From assembly GCF_018350175.1 (NCBI RefSeq), contig NC_058369.1:22260001-22324000 (forward strand): 64,000 nucleotides of DNA, in the 5' to 3' direction. Shown here piece after piece: positions 1 through 11,073 of this stretch. The translations under genes and the position numbers were made by a program. This DNA is from Felis catus. Its lineage: Eukaryota. Below the pieces are notes generated by a model. It worked only from the letters and a program-made list of their open reading frames with translations, made no database searches and had not been told where the DNA came from. Numbering within the stretch: the first letter of the stretch is position 1; every line of letters begins with the position of its first letter.

Positions 1-1192
1 GCCTTTTCTCTCTATTTCTCAGAAAAGATCGGGGTTCAGGATGACAGGTGTTACCCTCTTCCAGAATGGCAGCAGGGGGCTTGGTGGAACCCAAGAAGAA
101 GGCAGTGGGGCCTTGGCAGGAGGTAGAATGCCGTGGGGCTCCCATCATTGATATGCTCCTGGGGTGGTGCTCACCCAGGCCCAATCTCAGATAAGTGCTA
201 CTGCGCTGAAGAGGTTCACGAGGCAGTGCCTCTCAGGCATCGGGGGACAAACTCTGAATGAAGTCAGGGCAGGGTTTAGTGCCTGCGTTTGCCACTTGGC
301 TCTTTGTTTTTTCTTTTCTCTTCCAGTAGACCAGGGGTTCCCAGACTCACCCACATCATGGCACCCTTGGAAAATGGGAATGTCGGGCCAGCCCTCTGGG
401 CCAGCAGACGGATAGATCCCCAGGGCCACGGGGCTCAGGCTGTAACCCGGTCGGAGCAGCAGACCCCGCCAGGCTGGCTGCTCCTGGCGCCTGGGACCGG
501 CCCATGTGGGGTGCTCAGGGAGCCCCTTACAGGACTGGTGACAGCAGGGCTTTGTAGCCCAGGGGGTGTGAGGTGGCCCCCAGGCCATCACAAGCTTGAG
601 AAGGAGGTGACATCCAGGGGCCAGCCTCGGAGGAACAGTGCAGGGGCCTGTGGCTGCAGGCACAGCCCATCCGTTCTCTCTACCATCTGGGCTAAGTGGT
701 CTCCTTGCCCATCTCTGCATCTTGCTCATGTTCTCTCTCTGCTCTGCTCTTTAGTCTTCTGCCATTTCATGGCTCTTTGCCCTTTCTTTAGAAGTCCCCT
801 CTCCTCCCAGAGGCTGTCCTTGCCTTTGGGCCTCTACTCCTTGACCTGGATCTCCGGCTCCTTTGCCCCGAAGAGTGCAAAAAGCTGACCCCATCTCTTT
901 CTCTCCAGGCCTGAGCCCGGATGGCCTCACTGCATCCGTTCCTTCTGTCCCTTCCTTTTCTAACCTGCTGTAGCTTTGACTTTTTCTGTTCTTGAGAGCT
1001 CATCCTCAGCCCAGCCTCAATTAACTTAGCATCTCAGTGGAGAAGGCCAAGTGGTGGGCCTGCCTGTGCTCTGGAGCGGCCGCTCGGGCAGAACCATAGT
1101 CTGCGCTGAGCCCCCTGTTGCCCCCGGTTCTGGGCCGGGAGAGCCCCCTGGGCCTCAGGAGCCCCCTGGGCCATTTCGGCTCCAGGGAGAAG

Positions 1193-1234
1193 AGGGTTAG
1201 GCCTGTATTTTCAGGAAACGTCCCAGTATGGAAT
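1193..1234 (+). other. Putative editing-site complementary sequence (ECS) for CACNA1D exon 41
   Basis: Pairs antiparallel with 3224-3257 (manual base-by-base pairing, details in findings). An upstream intron-40 ECS is known for Cav1.3 IQ-domain editing. Confidence 0.75.
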
Positions 1235-3099
1235 GAGGTGGGCCTTCTGCAGACCCAGTGTGTTTTTTCTGGGAGCCCACGGAGAAGACGTGACACCATG
1301 GGCTGCAGGGGACAGCTGTAGTACGGTAGGCAGAGTCTTCCTGGGCTTTCGGGGTTGTCTGCTGGCAGCTGTGAGCCGCCCGCGGAACGCAGCTCGGTAC
1401 AGAGACATACTCTGGGGGAGGCAGCCCCAAAGAAGTCCCTCTGTGTGGCCAGAGCTGGGCCATCCCTGAGGGGGTAACGAGGAGGGGAGCTCGGGCTTGG
1501 GAGGCCTGCTGCCCTGGGCTCACATCCCAGTTGCACTGGCCAAGACAAGTCCTTCAGCCCCACCCCGCCTGTCGGAGGGACCAACAGGTCCCCCATCTCA
1601 GAGCTGTCGTGAAGAGGCCATGAGACCCACATGGAGTTCCTCTGGGAGCATGGGTGCCCCAGAGTAACAGCAGCTAGAACCAGTATTCCAGATGCATCCT
1701 GGGCAAAATGTGGAGTGGCTTAGGAGCAAAGCAGGGCTGAAGTCCTGAGACCTGAACGGTCTGTTCACCTCTTGGCCTCCTTGCCCATGGACAGTACATC
1801 ATTAGGCCATTTGGACCAGCCTGAGACTGATGTAGGACATGTTTTTACAAGCTACCCAAAGCCTTGGTCACTTTGGTGACCCCTGCCCCAGTCCAGGACT
1901 TCTTGGCTGAGGTTTGGGAGGAAGGCAGCACACTTCTCAAGGCCGGCCTCCCCAAGGCATCTTCTTACTCAGTAACGCTGAGTGGCTTCTGGCAGGACAC
2001 TAGTGGTGTCCAGATGGGGACACGTCCCACCTGGGCACAAATGAACCCCACCCAGATGCATTAGTGAATACAGAGGGTCCCAGTGACCCCTAACCCATCA
2101 TGTTCCACCATCATTGCAGTGGATGCCATTGTCAGCAGGCTGCCAGCTCACTGTCCTCCAGCCCAGGCAGGAGGCCGAGTGCTTCGGGGCTTCATCTCCT
2201 GTGGTGTTCACAGCTCCACAAGCCCCTTGCCCCAGATCAACACGCGACTCTTGTGAGGGGAAGGTGGCCTGGGTGCAAGTTCAGCTGTCCTAAGGCCTGA
2301 GGGCCGGCAGCCCGTCCTCCTCTCGGCCTCTACAAGCCCTGGGGCCCTAAGCTTCTTGCCTAGGAGCCACTGCAGATCTGGGAGCGTGCACCCCAGGGAG
2401 AGCGAGGCTGGCCGACACCCCCAGGCACACCTGCACCACCGACGTGGTTTACCGTGAGACAGCCAGCGCCTCTATTCTGCCTCATGCATCACCTTTAAAA
2501 TGCTCAGCAGAGTTCCAGCCCCCAGCGGTACGTGCTGGAGTTGTTTCCCATTAAAGCAGAAATAAGCTCAACTCCAAGGTTAGTTGGAGCTGTCGCTCGC
2601 TGTGCCGAAAACAAGCAGCTCTGGGTTACAAACGCAGAAATGGCATATGGAGGCTATTGGAACAGTCACGGGGGCACGTGAAAATCTGGGTTTGCAGCCA
2701 CTTTCCTGAACCTTCCTCCTCTTCCAAGCTTGTCTGTCACTTTCTGAGGTCTCTGTCTTTATCTCCAGGCATCGGGATTTGGGTGCTTAATTGCCCTCGG
2801 TGTTCATGGTAATTACACATGCAAATCCCTATGCACAGGGGTGAAAATAGGACCCAGGAAGCCTCTTTTTGTTTTGTAATTTTTATTTTAAGTAAATAAC
2901 CAAGACAGCACTTCATAGTGTTACTAATACGCTGCTCTAATAAACTCATGACAAACATATTGTTTTCTGCAACTTTTGAGTATCAGTTCGTGTGACTGAC
3001 TCTAATTTTGAGCCTTAACTGCTTTGCAAAACCTTGCTTTTTGCTAGATTTAGTCTCCCGTGTCTAAGCCCAGAGCTCAGTGCCTTGAGCACAGTCCCA

Positions 3100-3118
3100 C
3101 CCCCCCCCCCCCCCCCCC
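3100..3118 (+). repeat. C19 homopolymer about 85 nt upstream of the exon 41 acceptor
   Basis: Direct reading of the sequence. Confidence 0.9.
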
Positions 3119-3146
3119 AGCCCCGGCCCCGAGCGAGAGAGTTTAG

Positions 3147-3365
<219 letters not shown>

Positions 3366-6300
3366 TAACGATTTTACAAGCTTATTTGAAATACTAGAGA
3401 GCTGACTATTCATGGTTGAGCAGTGCCACAAGGATTTTGTTTAAACTGAGATACCGCACACCCCCCAAAATGTGGACTAGTCATTTCTGGGCTCCGAGGT
3501 AAGTGCCTCCCTCTCCTTGCTTCTTCTCTGTTGTGCCCGCACCTGCCGTGGCCCTAGTGGCAGGGCCCCCAGGACAGCGGCAGAGGCACAGCCCTGGCGG
3601 GCGGGGGGCCAGCGCTCGCCTTGCACCCTGTCTCCTCCAGGCTTCTCCAAAGGCATTAACCTTAGGTAGGCACCCACCTCCCCAGCCCTGGCCCTGGGCT
3701 CAGGCCCTAGCTGCCCCGGAAACAGCTCTCCATCTGAACGCAAGTGCTTTGTTTTGTTTCTGTTTGTTTCTTACCCCACTGCTTGTTGGTTTTCGGTCCA
3801 TTTCAGTAACATCCATCACCTCCTGATGTGTGTGTATGTGCATATGTGTGTGCGCGCACGTGTGTTGCGGTGTGTCTGTCTCTCTGCGCTGTGCAAACAC
3901 TGCTCTGTGCCCAGGCCAGCCTCTGGTCCCTCCCCCTATGCCAGCCCCGGCCTGCCCCAGGCTCCCGGAGTGTAGAACCTCTGGTTCCGGCCAGGGGTCC
4001 GTGCATTTGAGGATGTAGAATCCTGGGTAATCCCAGAGCTCTGGCATGGGAAGCAGGTATGTGGAGGAAGGGGGTCACCGTGAAGCCTGCAGGAAGAGGG
4101 GCGAGGCAGGAAAGCTTGTGAGTGAGTGCTGGCGATGGAGAAAGGCAGGGGGAAGAGGGAATGACAAGGCATGAAGAACCGGCACGAGGGAACTGTTGGC
4201 AAGCTGTCAGAAACACCTGTCCAAACTAATCAAAAGCCCCATCGTCTCTGCTCCCTGAGTGCTTGAAGTCCATCATGAATAAGATCAAGGATGTTTTTCT
4301 CCTGCTAATTTGTTTACTCTAAAATTACCTTTATGTCCCTCTTATCACATGTCTCAGGTTGGGCCGTGTAGTTATTAACAGGGTTCAGTGTGGAACAGTC
4401 CTTCTATCAGTCCCTTCCGAGGAGAAGGTCCCAGCGTTGTTTGGTGTCCAGAGTGCCGGTGAGGTGCGGTGAGGGCTGGCCTGTGGCCTCACTGAGAGAG
4501 AGAATGGGAGCATGAATGGCCGTGAGTGAAGAAATGTGGTGCACATGCAGATGCTGGGTTAGCAGATGACCTTGTGTGACAGTGACTTGAGGATTCATGA
4601 GGAAGCCTCTGTTCTGCCCAGACAGCCGCAGAGCTAGGGGAAGCAACTAAAGACAGTTTCTGGTCTTTTGTTTCTCTCATCGCCTGTCCTAAAGGTGGCT
4701 CAGTGAATCAGAGGCCCAGTCCAATGGCCCACTGCCGTCTCAGGCTGTGGAGTTTGCGAGTAAAACTCTCTCTTCTGGCCCTGCCAGTCCTCAAAAGTGA
4801 TCACAGTTCACAAGTAGCCTTAGAGAGATGAAGCAAATGGAAAAGACGTGTTTACAGATTTGAACGGGCCTCTGGTCCATCCGTGGGCTCTTGAGAGCAG
4901 CGTGGCCAGGTTGGGTGCAAGGAGGAGGTGTGATGAACGAGTTTCTGAAGGAGCTTCCTTGAACAGCCTTGGGCCTGGAGACCTAGACTGGCTGGATTTT
5001 AGAGTGTCATGGTTCCCTCCGCCTGTAGGAAACTGCTTGCTATTCTCAGATTCTAGTTGGTGGGGTTGGTAGGACCTGATGACTTCTCTGGAGGGGGAAA
5101 CATACTCTTTCATGGATGGTTATGCCATAATTTCCAGTAACCGTAATGTCCATGTTATGAGACGCTTCTGTTTTCTGGGGAAGGCATGTATGATGGTCAC
5201 CTGGATACAGAGTTTTCCCTTTCCTGAATCCCCAAGACTTTGCAACCAGATGGCTTCAGTTCCTGCTCTAGTAGCTGGATATAGTGTCTTGATGTTTTAA
5301 AACCTGAAAAACAACACATGGCTGAGTAATTAATTATCACATTTCATGGATGGGCTTCCCTGAGTCTTTTAAGTTGCAGGTTCAAATGATGCTAAAACTA
5401 CGTTTATAAGTCGTGGGTAAAAGACAATTACGTTATGTGTTGTGATAATGTTTTTCTCCCAAACATTTTTCATTTTGTTGTTTGTAGAAAGTGTTTCATT
5501 TCCCTGGCGAAATCCAAACGTTTCCTGTTAGATGATAATGCCAGCACATCTACACCTGGTTGGAGTTGAGGCTATGACTGTAATTTACGTTGAGTACACA
5601 GCCTAGAAAATTAAATTGTGTTCGTGATCTTGACAGATAAATTCTCAAAGTGCTTTGGATTCTGAAGCAAACATGAAAAATAGAAAATTTGTGTCTCCTT
5701 GAAGGATAACTCTAATTACATCTTTGGCCTCCTCTGCCCTAGAAGTGGCTTTAAATGTGATTTGTCACTCTACATTTAGTAAGCGCAAGGAGGCTCTTCC
5801 TCTCTGTGTGATGAAATATTATGTGATGCCGTGGAGCTAGGGCCACAGGGTCGAATGACAGCGGCACCCACAGTGTCCCTAGGTCCAGCACACGGACGTG
5901 GGCGTGGTCTGCTGAGAAGCAGGATGAGCTGCTTCTCGCCGCGCCCGGGCGTCACACGCTGACGGACGGATTGCTCATGGCAGGTGGAGTGTGAGCGCGG
6001 GAGGAGGACGTAGGCATGTGCGTGCTTGTGCTGCGTAGAGTGCAGTCTGTCTGAGCGGGATCACCACTGGTCCACACACTCTGCTCCCCGTGGAATGGTT
6101 CTCAAGGGCACACAGATGCACTGTGGTTTTCAACCCCATGGGCTCCGTCTGGTCTCCCTCTGTCCAGACCCGCTGCGGTGTCCCCTTCTACATGAGGGAG
6201 AATGGCTTGAGCTCCTGGATCCGTGTGTGGGGAGGAGCTCGGCACCCGGTGTCCTCTGGCCTCTGTGGTCTGAATGAGTGTGCAGTTTCCATCTGTCCAT

Positions 6301-7240
6301 CCATCTTCATTAAAGCCAGCCTTCTCTCCCACCCTCTGTGGGAAGAGAGCGGGTGGGAGAGAAGCTGCATCAGGCTGCCTTTTTGTTTCCCCCCACACAC
6401 CTCCACCCCCCATGTGCCATATTCACTTGAGTTTGACCCCACATCTGCTGTTCATCCATTATTGCTGCATCCGACTGACCCGCAAGTTTCCGCCAAGAGC
6501 AAGTAAACAAAGGAACGCAGCTCTGCAGCCTTGAAAGCGCTCAGTCCCCTCCCCTCAAATAGTAAAGCCCCACCAGACCTTCCAGATGAAGACTTCCATG
6601 CAAGATACAGACATGAATTAGTCCAGTGTCTCATGGATAAGAAAAAAGAAAAAAAATCCCAAAGTGGGAAAAGTTTTGTTCATTTCTTTTTCTTTCAACA
6701 TTCAAGGATTTCCTTTGTGCAAAAGACACTCTGGTGAGATCCAAGGAGACTTATCCCCCAGGCATCCCAGATGGGAGCCTGCCCTTCGTTAATGACAGGG
6801 AGACTTAAGCGGGATGGTCTCTTCCTCACCTGGTTGGAAGTTGGGTTGAGGGAGGACACCATTATTCCCAGCTTGTAAAGAACGGAGTCATTAGGGTTTA
6901 TGTGAAAGCCGACAGATGGGGATGCAGGTGGTCGAGCGGACGCGGGGGTGGCACACGGGAACCCAGTGACTCTTAGTCCCTGGTGTGCCCTGACGTGGTC
7001 ACCTTGGGGAGGCTCGGTGCAGAAAGAGAGGGGAACTCACGCCACAGACACTTAACCTGTGCAGTGTCAGACTCCTGTTACCTAGGCACCTTAGTTGAAA
7101 ACATAGTGAGGTATTTTTCTTTTTTTAAAAGCATGAGTCCATTTAAAGCCATAAAAAAAGGCTCTTTTTTTTCTTTTTTAATCTAAGAAGAGAACAGATG
7201 CTAACAGATGAGATTTCACTGGCTGATTCGTTTGTTTCAG

Positions 7241-7261
7241 ATGCTTGAACGGATGCTTTAG
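7241..7261 (+). CDS. CACNA1D: Alternative terminal exon 42A coding part (MLERML*), short Cav1.3_42A isoform
   Basis: tttgtttcag|ATGCTTGAACGGATGCTTTAG, phase 0 after exon 41; matches the known 42A tail. Branch-point-like CTAAC (7201-7205) and CTGAT lie upstream. Confidence 0.93.
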   Translation: MLERML

Positions 7262-7578
7262 AATTTTCTGCCTGAGCTACAGCACCAAGCTCGTTAGTCG
7301 GAAGGCGTTTGTGGCTAAGGCCTTGAAAGGGAAAAGTCTCAAGTGGGCTTATTTCTACTGAAACAGCATTTCGGGAGAAATGCAGAAAAAAAGCAAACCC
7401 AAGGCCCCAGGGAGACCCCTTCCAAGCAAAGCACTCCTCCAGAAGGCGGAAGCGGGGCCGTGGCTCATCTGCAGAGCCATGGCCTCCTGTCGCGGACGCT
7501 GCTCACGGTGGCTCTTTTTCATGAAAGGGAACGTGCAAGGCTTAACAGTTTTCCCCTCCAAGCAGAGACTCAGAGAAA

Positions 7579-7583
<5 letters not shown>

Positions 7584-7617
<34 letters not shown>
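7584..7617 (+). repeat. (GA)n microsatellite downstream of the 42A stop
   Basis: Direct reading of the sequence. Confidence 0.9.
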
Positions 7618-7622
<5 letters not shown>

Positions 7623-7697
7623 AAAGGAGGGGGGCAGCCGCCCCACAGAGAATGAAATGAACACAACTTCCTGATGCTGGCCAGTAAAAAATAACAC

Positions 7698-7703
7698 AAT
7701 AAA
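7698..7703 (+). terminator. CACNA1D: Candidate proximal poly(A) signal for exon 42A
   Basis: First AATAAA after the 42A stop; downstream GU element is weak. Confidence 0.45.
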
Positions 7704-8088
7704 AAGATTAAGCAGACCTGCCTAAGGTGGGCAGCTGACTTTGTTCCAAAGTTCTGCGTCCCTAGTTTGTCCGAACTCCCAAAGACTGGCAGGCCCCTTG
7801 GCGCCGAGCTGACAGAGTTCCTTTTATATGCCAGTCCGCCATGACCTACTGACCCTCCGGCCCCCACTCTCTGCAGTGACCCCGTCCAGAATGCGTGAGA
7901 AGTGGGCAGGCCAGGAAGCTCAGACACACCATTTAAACTAACACATACACCCGCATGCCCAAACCAGTCCAGGTAACACCTCAGGTTCCATCTTAACGTG
8001 TCCACGGGAAACACCACCACACCCAAACCTCATCCAACATTGTCCGTCTTTAATTCGTGCTCAAAGCCAGTCTGGGGATGCCTCTTTG

Positions 8089-8320
8089 GAAGCAGTGTGG
8101 TCTAGTTTCAAGGACACTGGGAGTCAGGGAACCTGGGTTCTAGTCCCAGCTCCAGCGTTCACTTGCTGCGTGACCTTGGGCAAGACACTTAACCTCTCTG
8201 TGCCTCAGTTTCCCCATCTGTAAAATGGGGGTAATAATGTCGACCTACCTCACAGGGCTGTTGTGAGGAATAGCTAAGTGATTGTAAAGCACTTTGAACG
8301 TATAATTGCTTATTATTAAG
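8089..8320 (+). mobile_element. MIR SINE, near full length
   Basis: CCTGGGTTCTAGTCCCAGCTC..GTGACCTTGGGCAAG..CTTAACCTCTCTGTGCCTCAGTTTCCCCATCTGTAAAATGGG core and a TTATTATT tail. Confidence 0.92.
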
Positions 8321-10784
8321 ACTACAACAATAATAATATCCTATGCCTGTTTACTACCAGAACTTTAAGAAATTCTTGTTTTTCTTTGATCTCTTTTCTG
8401 TTCTGTACTGTAGTTATCCACTGAGAAAAAGAGTTCTCCCCTTTCAAAGATCTCTGGGAAGTGTATACAGATGTACACAGAGGTACCTGTACAGGTCGTG
8501 TTTTCACATCTTACAAATGGTAGACTTTTGCTGAGAAGTTGCTTCATGAGGGAGTCCCGTGTGAAATTCTCAGCCGATCACAAGCGGTGCTTAAGGAGGT
8601 CTGTACATCCAGTGCTGAGCCCAAGACCCCCAGAGGAGCCAACCTGAGTTTTGAAATCAATATTCAAAAGTAACTGTAGTGTGAAAACTAGAAGTTTCTG
8701 AAGCACCTGGAGAAAAGAAGTCTTAGAAGCCCCTTTTGCCTGCCCTGGTCAGTGCAGACGAGGCTGTGTGCGTGTGTGTGCGTGCATGAGGGGGCATGGG
8801 GAAGGTGGTGGACAGGGCCGGCAGAACATGGGGAAGCCCTGTTCCTGGCTGCACTCGTGCAGGAGCAGCTCAAGTGGGCAAGTGGTGTCACCGACAGGAA
8901 GAACTGTGTTAGCGGAAGGCCTACAGGCCCATCCTGGGCACAGCCGTCAGGGTCCCTCCCAGCCCTGAGGGCTGTTCCAGTGTTGTCTTTTGTACTGTGA
9001 CCTTTGCCCTTTGGTCACAGTGGCTTATGTTACCAGTGGTCTGGCCTGCCTGCACTTAGGTGGATTCCCTGGCCTCACTCATGGAAACAGGTCCGGCCCC
9101 TGATTCTGCTCCCGTTGTGTAGACTGCTGTAAGTCTGGGAGCTCATGGTGGGCTTTATGGATTCTCACAGCAGAGTCTACGGGGCCAAAGAGCAGGTCTG
9201 ACTTCGCGCAGCGCCCAGGGCAGTGATGTGGGGTGGGGTTGAAAGCCGGCCAGCACACCGCGGGATGGTTGCACCCCTTGCGAAGATGTTGAAGCCTGTC
9301 TGTACATGCCACTTCACAGCGGTGGCCCCCCCTGCCAACATCTAGCCCCTCTCCACATCCCTCTGTGGTCTAGGCGGTAAAAGGCTAATGCCTGCTGTAG
9401 CAGGGATTTCTGGGATTGTGCTCTGGTCTGAAGGTCTCCTCTGCCCCGATCAGGGAGTGCTTGGGATGTACCGTTTGTTAAGAATTTGGTGTATCGTCCC
9501 TGAAAAGGAGGCTAGTCAGCCCTGGGAGCACAGGTGTGGGGCTAATTCCCCATCAGATAAATGACCCCCTGTTTCTGATCCACCAGAACGTCAAGCTTAT
9601 TAAACAATCAAGGGGCCCTGTCTCAGAGGTCCACTGTGACCAGCCAACTGCTAAATGGAGTCTCCATAGGGTAAAGTCTCAGCAGGACAGCCCCCAAGCA
9701 GTGTGCATGGCAGGCATTTTCACACACCTCTCTGCAGTCTTTCCAAATAAGGAAAAACTAGAAAGCAGTGAACTTTCTAGATGGGATTAGGGAATGGTTT
9801 AAATGAAACAAGAGTCTCTGGCCCCACATGGGCCTGGCTGTTTTGCTCAGTGACGGCACTGACTGTGGCTGCTAGCCAAGGGCAGTTCATGGAAACAGCC
9901 AGAAGTCAGGAGGTATACCTCTGACTTCAACTCAAAAGGGAAACAAGGCTTCCCTAAAACTTGGCGTCCAGTCAGACTGCAGACGCCTCTGTCCTTCCTC
10001 CTTAAACCTTGCCAGAAGAATGTAGCTTTGAGTGTAGAAACGTTGCAGGAGACAACTCAAGTTATCTGAGAATCTTCCCCCACTCAGCAAACATGGTACC
10101 CAACACCAGAATCCATGGTGCTAAACTCTTAAGCTCCTGGATAGAAGACAGGATGCAGGCCAGTATCCATCACAACCTGTGAGACTGGGCACCAGGCTGG
10201 CTGTTCATAAATAGATTACACTATGGCGGGACCCAACTATAAATTCGTAGGATTATTGGGTACTGCCTTCTGTTCTCTTTCTGAAAGGCAGGAGTTCTTT
10301 TCCCTCTGACAATAATTGTAATTATTTTCGAAAGACTTTGAGAAGATAGAATTACTGAACAGAAGTTACAGCAGGTGATACTATGTAGTAGCAAAAGGTC
10401 TTAATTATCATGGTGTGCTATTGAAGAATACCAATCTGACACCCTTCATTAGCCCTCGTATGTCATGATTCAATTTTTCATGGGAAGGAGCTTACTGTCA
10501 ACTACTAACAGTTCCTAGGTTGGGAACTGTGCAAATTCGTTCTCTGTGGCATACCTCACATCTAAGAGAGGTGACTATTTGGGGTAACAGAAGGGTACGT
10601 CATTCTAAGGCCATGGTGAAGGCAATCCCCATTAAGAAGTGCCAAAGGCTAGCTCAAGAGAAGCCATGGTAAGGACATTTCTTCCAAAAGCAGAGAAAGG
10701 TCAGCAGAACCACAGGAATCGTAGGTGAGGTGAGGGGCCAGGGCCTGAAGAAAGGTTTGTGTGGCCTGTCTGGGGATGAGCTGT

Positions 10785-11073
10785 CAGCCGTTCTCAAACT
10801 TCCGGGTCTCTTTTATATTCTTAAAAATTATTGAGGGCCCTTGTATATCAGTACTTACATTAAAAAATAAAACAGAAAATTTCAAAATACAGAATATACA
10901 TGCATAAAGGTACCAGAAAGGTGACATCCTCACATGTCGTATAGCCTTCAAATAACCCCATTGTGCTCTGAGGGAATGCGTGTATAAGGCAAAGAATGTC
11001 CTGGTAGTGTGGACATTACAGTCACCTCGTCAGTCCCTGGAGATGTCCCCAGGCCATACTTTGAGAACTGCTG
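10785..11073. mobile_element. hAT-Charlie non-autonomous DNA transposon (Charlie1-derived)
   Basis: TIRs CAGCCGTTCTCAAA ... TTTGAGAACTGCTG; internal TTAAAAATTATTGAGG. Confidence 0.75.

Noticed and set aside
164..2958. Multiple 60-200 aa ORFs in intron 40
   Set aside because: GC-rich chance ORFs with no recognisable domain or consistent splice structure. The same applies to most of the ORF track.
7355..8026. 223-aa minus-strand ORF
   Set aside because: Runs through the (GA)n microsatellite (SLSLSL); no homology recognised; antisense to the 42A UTR.
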